DNA from: a virus
Taxonomy: Duplodnaviria > Caudoviricetes
Reading direction: 5' to 3' (one strand)
DNA: 56,144 bases
IMG/VR virus record: IMGVR_UViG_3300045957_000043
Location: 1 to 56,144 of that record
How positions within the stretch are numbered: the first letter of the stretch is position 1; every line of letters begins with the position of its first letter. The translations under genes and the position numbers were made by a program. Under the pieces are notes generated by a model. That model saw only the letters and a program-made list of their open reading frames with translations. It was not told where the DNA came from and ran no database searches. Below, piece by piece: positions 25,033 through 34,934 of the stretch.

Positions 25033-26229
25033 CTAGGTGTAGGTGACGCAGCTACCGGGGTAGTCAGGGTGACCAGTTCCGATATTGCGGATGTCGTATT
25101 TCCCAAATGACGGGAACGTAGCGTCGTTGCAGTCTGAGTACGATTCGATTTCGAATGCGAAGCACACACCGTCAGCCGGCACGTAGCCCGGCTGCGCCGT
25201 GACTTCGGCAAGGATCGCACTGACGTTAATCGGCACGTAAGTCTGTGTCGGACCACCAAAGGGAGCCCAGCTGTTAGACGGCTGAGCAGTGAGCGTAACA
25301 GACGCGGTGCTCAAAGCCCCGAGACTTAGCGACCCGACAGGCGTTCCGGCGTGACCCCGGATACGGAGCACCATCGTATCGCAATTCCCTAGGGAGTCTT
25401 CCATTGCCTGCAGATGCAGCACACCGGAAGTCGTGTTCGCGGGGATATCCGGCGAGCAAATCAACGGAGTTCTTTGGTTGCCGTTAGTCGGGTCGTGTCC
25501 GACATTCGGTCCTGCCGTCTGCGGTTGTACAGCCCAAGTGGATTCACCCTCGACGCGAGCCAGAATCGTGTTGTTGCAGCTCCCTGCTGGGTTTTCGCAA
25601 CACGTTTCATACGGAATCCAGACGCAGGAGCCGTCTGCGCCGTGGGAAAGTACTTGTTGCTGCGAAGCGATGTACCCAGGAAGTTGCCCAAGCTGCTCGC
25701 ACACGTCACTCTCGCCGCCGCAGAAGTCAGCTTCCCACCGCGCGGAGTTTGCGTTCCAGGTAGCGCAGATACGGTCTGCGCTCAGCGGCGCGGCGTCCTC
25801 CTCTGCCGGGCAGTTGCCGTCCAAGCAGGGAATGAAAATCTCATACGGCTGGTCAGACCGCTCGGTCCACAGTCCAGTACACGGCTCAGCTTCAGCCCAA
25901 AGCGCATAAATACTCGGAGTCGATGACGAGTAGGTCGCGTCGCCACACGTGACGGTTTTGCAAGTGAGTAGATTCTGCGTCGCGTCTGCGGGAATCCCGA
26001 ACGTACCGGCTGCCTCTTCAACTTCCAGATCAGTCATCGGACGAAAGCACTGTCGCTTGGGCAAACCCGTGATCGAGATGTTAGTCTTCTCGCCAACGGT
26101 TTTGATGTTCAGCGGCGGTGTTACTGATAAGCTCTCGCGGAGTTTCGCCGCGATCGCCTTGATCGCACTACCGGAGAGCTTATTCGTGCGCGTCGTGTCG
26201 CTGACTGCAGGTTTCTTGCGGAACACCAT
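25033..26229 (-). CDS. Cys-rich tail tip/fibre-like virion protein
   Basis: Last gene of the tail operon; 18 Cys/398 aa. Confidence 0.7.
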   Translation of the reverse strand: MVFRKKPAVSDTTRTNKLSGSAIKAIAAKLRESLSVTPPLNIKTVGEKTNISITGLPKRQCFRPMTDLEVEEAAGTFGIPADATQNLLTCKTVTCGDATYSSSTPSIYALWAEAEPCTGLWTERSDQPYEIFIPCLDGNCPAEEDAAPLSADRICATWNANSARWEADFCGGESDVCEQLGQLPGYIASQQQVLSHGADGSCVWIPYETCCENPAGSCNNTILARVEGESTWAVQPQTAGPNVGHDPTNGNQRTPLICSPDIPANTTSGVLHLQAMEDSLGNCDTMVLRIRGHAGTPVGSLSLGALSTASVTLTAQPSNSWAPFGGPTQTYVPINVSAILAEVTAQPGYVPADGVCFAFEIESYSDCNDATFPSFGKYDIRNIGTGHPDYPGSCVTYT

Positions 26230-27470
26230 TAAGGGTTAACCACCCAGCTGCTACCAGGAATCTGGTCGGATCGTTCTTCTGAGACGTTCGGAAACACTTG
26301 CGAGATACCGCAGAATGTTACCGTTGCAGTCCCTAAAGGTACAGTTGCAAAATCAAGCGACAAGAGATTCGCGAAGCTCGTCGAGGGGTAGGGCTTCTGC
26401 TCGCACTCGACGCTCTGGATTTCCAAAAAGTGACAGCCGATTTCGCAAGAGGTGTTCGGCTCCCAAGTACCGCCGGCGTCGATGCACGCTTGCTCGGTCA
26501 TCTGTGCAGTGCTGGTATCCGGTAGTGTACACGTGCCTATTGGGTTTTCGCTGCCTTCGCCAAGTGGATTACGCCGCCACGCACGGTTCCAGGCGCCGAC
26601 AACGCCGCTACACGCGCAACCGGCGGCGAGCGTTTCAAACGGGCACTTAGGTACAGTCTTGACGACGAAAATAAACTCAACATCGTAGGTCGGAGTGCAG
26701 TACCAAGTCGGTCGCTCGGTGATCTCCGCGTCAGCCAGCAATACAGACTCGCACGGGAGATTATCAAACATCGGCTCGCTGTTGACGTGGCCCACAGCAT
26801 TGCGGATGGTGTCGTGCGGCACATACGGCAGGTTCGACCAGCGAACCCGGTAAGTCGTTGTGTTGATCGCGATCGCCGGGTTGATATCTTCGTCCGTGAG
26901 GACTTGACCGTCGACGATGTACTCGAAGGACCTACCGGGGAGCGTCTGCACGTCGAGTTCGTTTTCTGTTTCGACCTCGATAAACGTGCAGTTCGCGATC
27001 GCAGGCAGAATCGGCGCGCAATCATCCGGCAGGCATTCGCTGCGCATCCAGATCGGCCAATTCGCAAAGTTCTTGTGCCGGTAGTTGACTGTAATCTCGA
27101 CAAAGCCTTCACCAACTAGCGGCGCGGTCATTAAGTGCGGCACACCGCACGCGGTAGAGACCGTCGTGCAGCAGTTCTGTAGCGGCTGAATCGTGAAGTC
27201 TTCAGGGTAAAGCGTTGAAGTCCCGCCACAGAGATCAGTCGGGCAGAATAAAGCCAGCGGCTTGGGTTCGGCAGCACAGTGTACTGTGCAGTCTTCGTAC
27301 TGCCAGATGCCGAAAATCTCAGTGATAAAGCTTGTAGCATAAAACGCCGGGCCGATGTATTTCATTACCGCCGTGGCGCCGTCTGGATTCTGCGTGAGTA
27401 CCGGGTAGCCCGCCTCGACTTGATAGCCGAACGCAAGATTCCCGATTCGCGAGCAGTCGTTGATCGTCAT
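26229..27470 (-). CDS. Cys-rich tail tip/hub-like protein
   Basis: Immediately after the tape measure; 22 Cys/413 aa. Confidence 0.7.
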   Translation of the reverse strand: MTINDCSRIGNLAFGYQVEAGYPVLTQNPDGATAVMKYIGPAFYATSFITEIFGIWQYEDCTVHCAAEPKPLALFCPTDLCGGTSTLYPEDFTIQPLQNCCTTVSTACGVPHLMTAPLVGEGFVEITVNYRHKNFANWPIWMRSECLPDDCAPILPAIANCTFIEVETENELDVQTLPGRSFEYIVDGQVLTDEDINPAIAINTTTYRVRWSNLPYVPHDTIRNAVGHVNSEPMFDNLPCESVLLADAEITERPTWYCTPTYDVEFIFVVKTVPKCPFETLAAGCACSGVVGAWNRAWRRNPLGEGSENPIGTCTLPDTSTAQMTEQACIDAGGTWEPNTSCEIGCHFLEIQSVECEQKPYPSTSFANLLSLDFATVPLGTATVTFCGISQVFPNVSEERSDQIPGSSWVVNP

Positions 27471-27471
27471 G

Positions 27472-30400
27472 TTAGACTAAGCCCCCTAGTTGATCAGGCG
27501 CGCGGCGCGCAAATTCAATGCCTTGCGCAAGAGCAGAAAGCTCCCGCTGAATCGCCGCGATGCCGTTGGCAGTGCGTTCTTGCTGCTGGAGCATTTTGGT
27601 TTCTGTAGTCACGGACTGCTGTAGCTGATTGCGAAAGTCAATGATTCCGAAAATCTGTGAGCGAACTTGCTGTGCGACGCTGTTGATGTCCGGCTCGGGC
27701 GCCGGTGCGCCTTGCTGCTGGCTGCGCTGCTGTTCGCGCTCCTGCTGAGCTTTTAGGCGGGCTTCCTCTTCAGCTTTGATAATCTTCTCGCGTTCGGCGA
27801 GTTCTTTTCGGTAAGCATCCGCACGGCGGTCCAGCTCGCCCTCTGCGATCCTGAGCTGCAGTTCGTTAGACACGGCATCCCCGAAGAACGTTAGCAGTTG
27901 ATCTTCGAACCCGCCGAGTAACTGGGCAGCGATCTCCGGCGCGCGGAACGGGTTACGGATCGCGTCGGTGATCCTTGCGATTACTCTGAAAGTGTTGTCC
28001 GCGAGTGCTTTCGCAAAGTTGATCGCGACACCGACCAGCTCGTAGCCAAAAGCTTTCGCGCGATACACCGCGATGTTAAACACCAGCTCGAAGTTATCCG
28101 CTAAGAACGTGATACCCTCGATCAAGCTATCGAAATTCTCGATACGAAACGCACGCTTGAGCCTTGTTTCGAGTTCTTCAAGGGCTGGCAGGGCTACCGC
28201 GCTAAGCCTGCGGAAACCCTCAGTCAACCGGATAATTGCGACGCCGTTGATGACCGACAGAATGCTAACGAGCCGCTGCCCCGCAGCGACGATCGGTGCG
28301 AAAAACTCAGCCGCGCGTCCGCTTTGGACAAACTCTTTGATGCGGTCGATCACGAGAGTAACCGACGTGGCTACGCTCTCAACGAACCGCGCGAATGCGG
28401 GGTTCTCACGGAGAAACCCGATTGCCTTGCCGATCTCCAGGCCGATCGTGCGGAATACACCTAAGAAGTTAGCGGCAACCTGCCGTCGCAATAGAGTAAA
28501 CTGATTGCCGAGTGTAGTAACGACACCGCTAAGTGATTCAGCCTGCAGTACAGCCTGCTCGAAAAACTCACTAAACGCCTGATCGCCTACGGCTTTAATA
28601 AACTCGCGGGCAGAAATCTCGTTATTGCGAAGAGCCTCTGTCAGAGCCTCCCCAGATTTACCGATTGCGCGTTCGACCAAGCCGATCGCACCGGGGAGAC
28701 CCTCGGTGAGCTGGTTGTTAAGTTCTTCGCTACGCAGTACACCCTTCGAGATCACTTGCTCATAGGCTCGAAACACGCGGTTCAGGTCGCTGGTTTCGAC
28801 ATTCAGGACGCGGGCGGCGGCAGCTGTGCCCCGGAAGAGCTGGAAAATTTCGTCTTGCGGAACACCTGAGTTCTTCGCGGCGGCTGAGATTTTACCGTAG
28901 AGATTCTCGATCTCGTCCAGCGGCACTGCCAGTTGCAAAGCCAACGCCTGGATTCTTTGTAGCTCTGCCTGGGAATCTGCCCCGAATGCAAAGCTAAACC
29001 TCAGCCTGATATCTTCGAGCCGCTGTGCAGTCTGGAATAACGCACGAGTTGCTAAGCCGCCGACTGCCGCTGCAATGAGCGGGAGATTCGCAACTAGATT
29101 GCGAATGCCTCGGGCCAGAGCGATCGTCGGACCTAGCGCGAACGTAACCGCACGAGTGAACGCGCGAAATGCAGTTCTGGCTACGAAGAGTAACGCTTGG
29201 CCTAGTGCACGGGTTGCGGCGACTAAAGCCTGTAGCCCCACCAAACCGCCGACTACCAACGAGCCGATACCCACTCCCGCTAGACTTGCAGCTGAACCGA
29301 CAAGCCCTAGGTTCTGAAACACCCGGACGGCAGACAGTCCGACACGGCCCAGCGCTGCCGCGTAGTTACCGATTCTGCCGCTGGCTGCGCCTAAGTCGAA
29401 GCCGAGCTGACGGATACTCGTGAGTGTAGTCTGGGCCTGCCGTGCTCGTGCGCCCTCGATCGTGGCGAGTCTCGTAGTGACCTGCAGCTGCAGCCGCAAG
29501 ATTCGCAAGCGTTGCTCGGATGTGATGTTTTGCTGCTCTAGTTGAGCCTGCACCCGTCGTTGGATCAGCGTTAGCCGCAGTCGTTCGTCGACGGCACCTT
29601 TAGCCCGCAAGACTTCTTCTCTTTGCTGGTTAAGCCGTTGTCGCTGGTCACGGGCTTGACCGCGACTGATTTCACGTTCCCGCTGCGCGTCTCGTTGGCG
29701 GCGCACCGCGCGGGCTCGGCGGTCACGGGCGGCTTGCTGCACTTGCGTGCGGTTGGTCACCCGTAACAGCCGAGCTTCCGGTGATGTGTCCTCGCGGGCA
29801 ATGCGCTGACGCTCTTTCGCGGCTTCCCGCAGGGCGCGTTGCTCTCTTGCGCGAATGAGGCTTCTTGCTTTTGCGTTACGCTTGAGCTGTTCCAGTTCAG
29901 TCCGCGCAGTGACTCGGGCCAGCCGAGCTTCGATCGAAGTTCCGGTGCGACGCAGTTCGCGCTGTTGTTCTCTTTCGCGTCGTCGACGGAGCGATCTAGC
30001 TCGTGCATCGCGGCGGACCTGCTCGATCTCGGCGCGCTGGGCTAATCTCGCTCGTCTGCCTTCCAGGCTGGTAGACTGCAGCAAGGCTCGCTGCCGTTCA
30101 CGCTCAGCGCGCTGAACTTCACGAGCTTGACGCCGTAGTGTAGCCAGTTCCTCGCGGGCAATCTGGTCGCTGACTTTCTTGCGGCGCGCAGCAAATAGCC
30201 TTCGAGCCAAGATTCTTCGAGCTAGAATTTGCTCTTCAGTTCTCGCGGCAATCCGCTCTCGGCGAGCTTCGAGGGTGTCGGCCCTGACTTCAGTAGGCTG
30301 GCGTGATCTACCAACGCGCGTTGTAGAGCTAGATTCCTGCCGGGCCTTTTGGACAGCGCTAGATAAAGCTGCAGCTCCCGTCGCGGCGACGGTAATCTTC

Positions 30401-30507
30401 TGCTTGCCGAGCCGCTTGCTGATCTTCTCCAGCTCGCGGAGCTGCTTGAAGACTTCTTCTAAGCCTTGCGCGCGAACCGTGATGAAAGTCGATAGCAGCT
30501 CAAACAT
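27472..30507 (-). CDS. Tail tape measure protein
   Basis: ~1011 aa helical; AYEQVISKGVLRSEELNNQLTEGLPGA tape-measure motif; follows the chaperone genes. Confidence 0.92.
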   Translation of the reverse strand: MFELLSTFITVRAQGLEEVFKQLRELEKISKRLGKQKITVAATGAAALSSAVQKARQESSSTTRVGRSRQPTEVRADTLEARRERIAARTEEQILARRILARRLFAARRKKVSDQIAREELATLRRQAREVQRAERERQRALLQSTSLEGRRARLAQRAEIEQVRRDARARSLRRRREREQQRELRRTGTSIEARLARVTARTELEQLKRNAKARSLIRAREQRALREAAKERQRIAREDTSPEARLLRVTNRTQVQQAARDRRARAVRRQRDAQREREISRGQARDQRQRLNQQREEVLRAKGAVDERLRLTLIQRRVQAQLEQQNITSEQRLRILRLQLQVTTRLATIEGARARQAQTTLTSIRQLGFDLGAASGRIGNYAAALGRVGLSAVRVFQNLGLVGSAASLAGVGIGSLVVGGLVGLQALVAATRALGQALLFVARTAFRAFTRAVTFALGPTIALARGIRNLVANLPLIAAAVGGLATRALFQTAQRLEDIRLRFSFAFGADSQAELQRIQALALQLAVPLDEIENLYGKISAAAKNSGVPQDEIFQLFRGTAAAARVLNVETSDLNRVFRAYEQVISKGVLRSEELNNQLTEGLPGAIGLVERAIGKSGEALTEALRNNEISAREFIKAVGDQAFSEFFEQAVLQAESLSGVVTTLGNQFTLLRRQVAANFLGVFRTIGLEIGKAIGFLRENPAFARFVESVATSVTLVIDRIKEFVQSGRAAEFFAPIVAAGQRLVSILSVINGVAIIRLTEGFRRLSAVALPALEELETRLKRAFRIENFDSLIEGITFLADNFELVFNIAVYRAKAFGYELVGVAINFAKALADNTFRVIARITDAIRNPFRAPEIAAQLLGGFEDQLLTFFGDAVSNELQLRIAEGELDRRADAYRKELAEREKIIKAEEEARLKAQQEREQQRSQQQGAPAPEPDINSVAQQVRSQIFGIIDFRNQLQQSVTTETKMLQQQERTANGIAAIQRELSALAQGIEFARRAPDQLGGLV

Positions 30508-30745
30508 GCTTGCCTCCCTTATGCAGCTGGGCGAATCCGGCAAACTTTCGCATTAGAGCTGCTTGCGCGTCTTTGATTTCTGCCTCGGAGGGTTTTTCTC
30601 GGTAGCCGAACATCAACAACCGATCGTAGTCACTCATCGAGCGAATGTAGTCCAAGGTCCATCCGGTTTCGCGGGCTAAGCCTGCGTAAGCTTCTTCGAG
30701 TGTCACCCGCTGCGTTCCTTCGCCGCTGGGCGGGATTAGTTTTTT
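30500..30745 (-). CDS. Tail assembly chaperone, -1 frameshift extension (GT-like)
   Basis: A AAA AAC at 30745-30739; the -1 frame reads KKLIPPSGEGTQRVTLEEAY...GWTLDYIRSM. Confidence 0.8.
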   Translation of the reverse strand, partial: KKLIPPSGEGTQRVTLEEAYAGLARETGWTLDYIRSMSDYDRLLMFGYREKPSEAEIKDAQAALMRKFAGFAQLHKGGKHV

Positions 30746-31182
30746 GCTGCTTGGTGCGCCTCGTCTGCTACGCTCATTACGATTGTGAATAGCTTGTCGA
30801 GATTCCCGTAGGCGTTCATGACTTGCTTGGCTTCTTCTACAGTGTCAATCTCACGGACTGCACACTGCAGTAAAATCGCAAGCGCTTCAGTGTCGCCCTT
30901 TACGAGTAAATCAAAAGCGTCTTCAGCGCCGAGCTGCGTATCTTTTCGTGAGTCAGCTAGAATCGCTTCAGCAAAACTACGCTGGGCCGCTTCGGGGAGC
31001 GACCCAGCGTAATCAGCGAAGTCCTTGATTGCTTCCTGTCTCGCTTGGCGGTGCCGGTATTTGAGCAGCGCGACTAGCTTGTCTAGTGCGTACTCGCTGA
31101 GCACGTTACCGCCTAAGTGATACGTGCGATCTTCGCCGTCGATCGTAACTTTGAAGTACTCGCCTTTTGGTGCCCCACTCAT
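30736..31182 (-). CDS. Tail assembly chaperone (G-like)
   Basis: Between tail tube and tape measure; ends in slippery AAKN*. Confidence 0.85.
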   Translation of the reverse strand: MSGAPKGEYFKVTIDGEDRTYHLGGNVLSEYALDKLVALLKYRHRQARQEAIKDFADYAGSLPEAAQRSFAEAILADSRKDTQLGAEDAFDLLVKGDTEALAILLQCAVREIDTVEEAKQVMNAYGNLDKLFTIVMSVADEAHQAAKN

Positions 31183-31207
31183 CTACTCTCTCCAAAAAAG
31201 GTTCGTG

Positions 31208-31873
31208 TTAGTTGTCCGAAGGCTTCGGTGCGGCTTTCAGGCCGGCTGCCACGAGCGGCGCGGGTGTAACACCGTCCGTACCGCCAACCGCGACACAAGT
31301 ACCGGAGTTGTCACCGATCACGTCGCTCTTGCTATACGGGAGGTACGGGCCGTTAGTGACATCAATCAGCCACTCGGCTGTCGAGACATCCTGACCTTCG
31401 TTCGTGGCGCCGAAGCCCGGAGGCGAGACCTGACCGTACAGGTAAATGCCTGCTTCGTTGGTCGTGTAGCCGCCGTCGATCAGCGTTGACATATCGGTGA
31501 CTGATGGCAACCAGCCCTGACCGCCGCAACCAGCTTTCAGATACCCAGGGTCAAAACCCAAGAAGAACCAAGTCGTCGCACCGACGCTCGGGTATCGCGG
31601 GTCGTCTAGGATATGGCAGTACAGCCAATCATCGCCGCACAGTGTGTTGGTGACAGTAACCTGCCACTGCAGTTGGTCAGCGCAGAACTTAATCGCCTGC
31701 CGACAAGTCGAGCTGGTTTGCTTTCGCGGGGCTTCCTGGCGGTTGGGATCGAGTTCCCAAGAATCAACGTGTTCCAGGAACGTCCAAGCAGTTACGTCGG
31801 TGTTGTCTGCCGGGTTGGTCGTGGCGACAAATACCGAGAAAATGCCTGGGCACAAGCATGAATCAGTAGCCAT
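31208..31873 (-). CDS. Major tail (tube) protein
   Basis: Position, size and beta-rich composition; GAGGA RBS. Confidence 0.75.
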   Translation of the reverse strand: MATDSCLCPGIFSVFVATTNPADNTDVTAWTFLEHVDSWELDPNRQEAPRKQTSSTCRQAIKFCADQLQWQVTVTNTLCGDDWLYCHILDDPRYPSVGATTWFFLGFDPGYLKAGCGGQGWLPSVTDMSTLIDGGYTTNEAGIYLYGQVSPPGFGATNEGQDVSTAEWLIDVTNGPYLPYSKSDVIGDNSGTCVAVGGTDGVTPAPLVAAGLKAAPKPSDN

Positions 31874-31938
31874 ATTGGTGTTTTCCTCGTTGCCCCACAA
31901 CAAAGTATCTAGCTAGGTACTATCTGTATTCTAGGCAC

Positions 31939-32391
31939 TTAACACAGGGGTTCGACGACCCAGAACACGAGCGTCGCCTGCGTCATCCAAAGGCATTCTG
32001 CAGCCTGGACGCTACGCGGGCGCCCGGAGAGCCGGTTGTAGCAAGCTGGGCCGAGATTCGTCATCAAACAGCGTTCAGCTTGCAGTCTTGCGCGGGTATC
32101 CTGCACGATCGCTTGCCCGGCATGACTTGAAGTCGTGAACACGCGCAGCCTCACGGCAACCTGATAACGCACAGCCGTGAAGCCGATTCGCTGCCCGGCG
32201 GGTGCGTTTTGCTCTTCGAGCACAGCATACGGCACACGGGGGCTGTTATTGCTTGCTTGCGAATCACACTTGCGCGCAAGGCCCCCGGTGTAGACTTCTG
32301 CCGCGCCGGCGAGACTTACCTGCTCGGCAATTAAGTCTTCCAGAGTGCAGTCCGTGAGGTCTTCAGTGCTGGGAGTACAGGCAAACGTCAT
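31939..32391 (-). CDS. Tail terminator-like protein
   Basis: Position; PYAVL...VAVRLRVF pattern. Confidence 0.65.
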   Translation of the reverse strand: MTFACTPSTEDLTDCTLEDLIAEQVSLAGAAEVYTGGLARKCDSQASNNSPRVPYAVLEEQNAPAGQRIGFTAVRYQVAVRLRVFTTSSHAGQAIVQDTRARLQAERCLMTNLGPACYNRLSGRPRSVQAAECLWMTQATLVFWVVEPLC

Positions 32392-32774
32392 GCAGTGAGA
32401 TCCTCTACAATCTGCGCGCGGATCTGATCGAGATCCTCGAAAAAGCTATCGTAAATCCCTAGGCGGTTTTGTAGTTCCGCGAGCCACTCCAGGTGCGTGC
32501 CACCACGAGTTTTGTGCGGAGGTCTCTGGATTCCTTGGTCCGGGCCGGGCATTCCTGCGCGCCCTTCGAGCTTGTTATTCGGGTTCACTGCCGAGAAGAT
32601 CGAATCCCGGCCTTGCCCGGTTCGCACAGCCGGGTACTCGCCTTCGTTTGAACTGGGGGGCCAAAACTTGGCCCCAACTTTTTCGCGGTAGCCGTCGGCA
32701 ATCTCGTCGACGGCGATTTCGACGGCTATCGCGAGGCGGTCTTCGATAGCTTTCTGTACTTGGGCGAGCGTCAT
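32388..32774 (-). CDS. Neck/tail completion protein (HK97 gp10-like)
   Basis: PSSNEGEYPAVRTGQGRDSI motif; position. Confidence 0.7.
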   Translation of the reverse strand: MTLAQVQKAIEDRLAIAVEIAVDEIADGYREKVGAKFWPPSSNEGEYPAVRTGQGRDSIFSAVNPNNKLEGRAGMPGPDQGIQRPPHKTRGGTHLEWLAELQNRLGIYDSFFEDLDQIRAQIVEDLTA

Positions 32775-33373
32775 ACCCGGTCCTCCCAGCCGAAGGGTGC
32801 TTCTCTCGCCACAACTTGAGCCAGTTGCTTAACGTCACATCGGGTCTCGATTGAGTCGACCACGTAGGTAGTTTCTTCGCACTGTACAAAGTCTCCGGGA
32901 CGCACGTTGATGTTCGCGCCGAAGCAGATTTTCACGGTGCTAGTGCATACTTCGGCGTCGTTTACGATCTGAGTTTCGAGCTTCTCTTCGCAGATAGAAA
33001 TCGGCACGTCGGTCGCCAAGTCGGTTGCGAAGACTTCTGTGGGGCAGTCTTCACCAGGAGCACGATACACCCGGACTACTGTAGCTAAACAGTCCGGGCA
33101 ATCGAGCACTGGTCTTGCTAAAGAAAGCACGAGAGTGCACGCCGCGAACTGGACACTTGAGATCAGATAACTAATCTCGTCGTGGATTGCCGTGTCCCCG
33201 ATTCGCGGGGGGTTCTCTTCAGTGTAGTCGCAGCTCGTGAAGACCGCTTCGATGAAGCTGCACGGCTGGGTTTCGCTTTTGGTGACTTGGTACTCATAGA
33301 GAAACCCTTCGACCTGGACTTCTGTGCCCGTGCACTCGGTGATCGTGAGTTCCTGCGTGCAGTAGCAGCTCAT
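32771..33373 (-). CDS. Cys-rich head-closure/neck-like protein
   Basis: Position; ..PGD....Y.V motifs; 14 Cys. Confidence 0.6.
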   Translation of the reverse strand: MSCYCTQELTITECTGTEVQVEGFLYEYQVTKSETQPCSFIEAVFTSCDYTEENPPRIGDTAIHDEISYLISSVQFAACTLVLSLARPVLDCPDCLATVVRVYRAPGEDCPTEVFATDLATDVPISICEEKLETQIVNDAEVCTSTVKICFGANINVRPGDFVQCEETTYVVDSIETRCDVKQLAQVVAREAPFGWEDRV

Positions 33374-33810
33374 GGGTTGCAGCAATCTCCGGTAGTGCTC
33401 GCCTCTTCAGTGCTGCCAAAGCAGCTGCACTGGTGGAGATGAAACCGCTCCCGGACGACATACGTGCCGCAGCCGTCGCACACGACCCGTGCAGGCTCAC
33501 ACTGCGGGGCGCCGCAGCGGTCAGACCAAATCGTCTGAAAAATCACGTCGCCTGTATCTTCTCGCTCGCAAATCTCGAACGTGAGCTGCACGAGCTGCCG
33601 CAACTGGGCAATCAGCTGGCTGGGGTCAGCAAACCGCACATCACCGATCGAAACCGGCTTGCAGAGTGCCGAGCTGCTACACATGAGCTTCGCGATCTGA
33701 TCGAGGGCCAACGCGCGGATCACGCAAGCTTGCTCGCAGCCGCAGCCCGAGATCAGGTTAATGTTGTCTAAACACTCTTCGAGCGTCGGCGTGGTGCAGT
33801 CATGAGCCAT
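33370..33810 (-). CDS. Cys-rich head-tail adaptor-like protein
   Basis: First neck gene; 16 Cys/146 aa. Confidence 0.6.
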   Translation of the reverse strand: MAHDCTTPTLEECLDNINLISGCGCEQACVIRALALDQIAKLMCSSSALCKPVSIGDVRFADPSQLIAQLRQLVQLTFEICEREDTGDVIFQTIWSDRCGAPQCEPARVVCDGCGTYVVRERFHLHQCSCFGSTEEASTTGDCCNP

Positions 33811-33835
33811 GAATCGCTCGCTTGGGTTTTCTAGG

Positions 33836-33898
33836 GAAAAAAGCAGGGTGAGCCGCCGCCTTCACGGTGGGGCGGACGCTACAGCGACAGCCCACCCT
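33836..33898 (-). terminator. Intrinsic terminator-like hairpin
   Basis: AGGGTGGGCTGTCGCT/GGCGGCGGCTCACCCT stem followed by GCTTTTTT on the minus strand. Confidence 0.55.
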
Positions 33899-33955
33899 AT
33901 TAGTATTTTAGGCTTGGCTTGTCCGTGCCCCAGGACTTGAGTAGACTAGGCTACT

Positions 33956-34147
33956 ATGAACCGAGTTTCCGAGCCGCAGCTTGAACACCAGATACAAACC
34001 ATCGAATCGCGTCTGCACGCAAGTTTGGTCCCTAGCGGGTTTAGAGAGACCGTTGTTGCCGAAAGACTTCTTAACAGCCTGATGCAAGCGGCTTACCCTG
34101 TCCACAAAGAACTGCAAGCCCTGTTGGTCGATCATGCTAACGAGTAG
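33956..34147 (+). CDS. Hypothetical protein
   Basis: 63-aa ORF overlapping the MTase start; TTGTCC-17-TAGACT upstream. Confidence 0.55.
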   Translation: MNRVSEPQLEHQIQTIESRLHASLVPSGFRETVVAERLLNSLMQAAYPVHKELQALLVDHANE

Positions 34148-34934
34148 CAAACCCCTAAAGTGGCACGGCGGCAAACACTATCTCGCTCGCAAAATCATTG
34201 AGCTAATGCCCTCACACGTCCACTACGTGGAGCCGTTTTTCGGTGGTGGGAGTGTCCTTTTCGCGAAACCCTACGAAGGCGTCAGCGAAGTGATCAACGA
34301 CCGCAACGACGAGCTGGCTAACTTCTGGCTGGTTTTGAGCGACCCGGATCTGTTTGCTGACTTTCACCGCCGTGTGAGCGTTCTGGGCATGTCCGAAACC
34401 CTCTGGAAAACTGCCTGGGAGGGGTCTCCCGTGAAGCGAGCGGTTGCGTTCTTTGTGAAGTATCGGCAGAGCCGGCAAGGGCTTGGCAAAGACTTTGCAA
34501 CGCTGTCTCGCAATCGCACGCGGCGCGGGATGAACGAACAGGCTTCTAGCTGGCTCTCAGCAGTCGAAGGGCTGCCGGAAGTGCATTCCAGATTGCAACG
34601 AGTTGTCGTGCTCAACCGCGATGCCCTTAACGTGATCCACCAACAAGACGGTGAGCAAACGCTCTTCTACCTCGACCCCCCGTATTTGCACGAAACCCGT
34701 GTAACAACTAACGAATACGGCGAGCACGAGATGGTCCGCGAGGACCACGAAAAGCTACTAGAGCTGCTTCTCCAAGTGCGGGGTAAATTCCTGCTTTCAG
34801 GCTACCCGAGCGAGCTGTACGCTCAGTTTGCGACTGAAGGCAACTGGCGGCGGGTCGACTTTGAGATCGACAACAAGGCCAGCTCACGAGCCCGCAAGCC
34901 CCGCGTCACCGAGTGTGTCTGGCTAAACTACTGA
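34134..34934 (+). CDS. D12/Dam-class N6-adenine DNA methyltransferase
   Basis: LKWHGGK, YVEPFFGGGSV, EVIND, FYLDPPY. Confidence 0.95.
   Translation: MLTSSKPLKWHGGKHYLARKIIELMPSHVHYVEPFFGGGSVLFAKPYEGVSEVINDRNDELANFWLVLSDPDLFADFHRRVSVLGMSETLWKTAWEGSPVKRAVAFFVKYRQSRQGLGKDFATLSRNRTRRGMNEQASSWLSAVEGLPEVHSRLQRVVVLNRDALNVIHQQDGEQTLFYLDPPYLHETRVTTNEYGEHEMVREDHEKLLELLLQVRGKFLLSGYPSELYAQFATEGNWRRVDFEIDNKASSRARKPRVTECVWLNY

Noticed and set aside
34134-34934. Restriction-modification system
   Set aside because: No cognate endonuclease adjacent; treated as an orphan MTase of unknown specificity.
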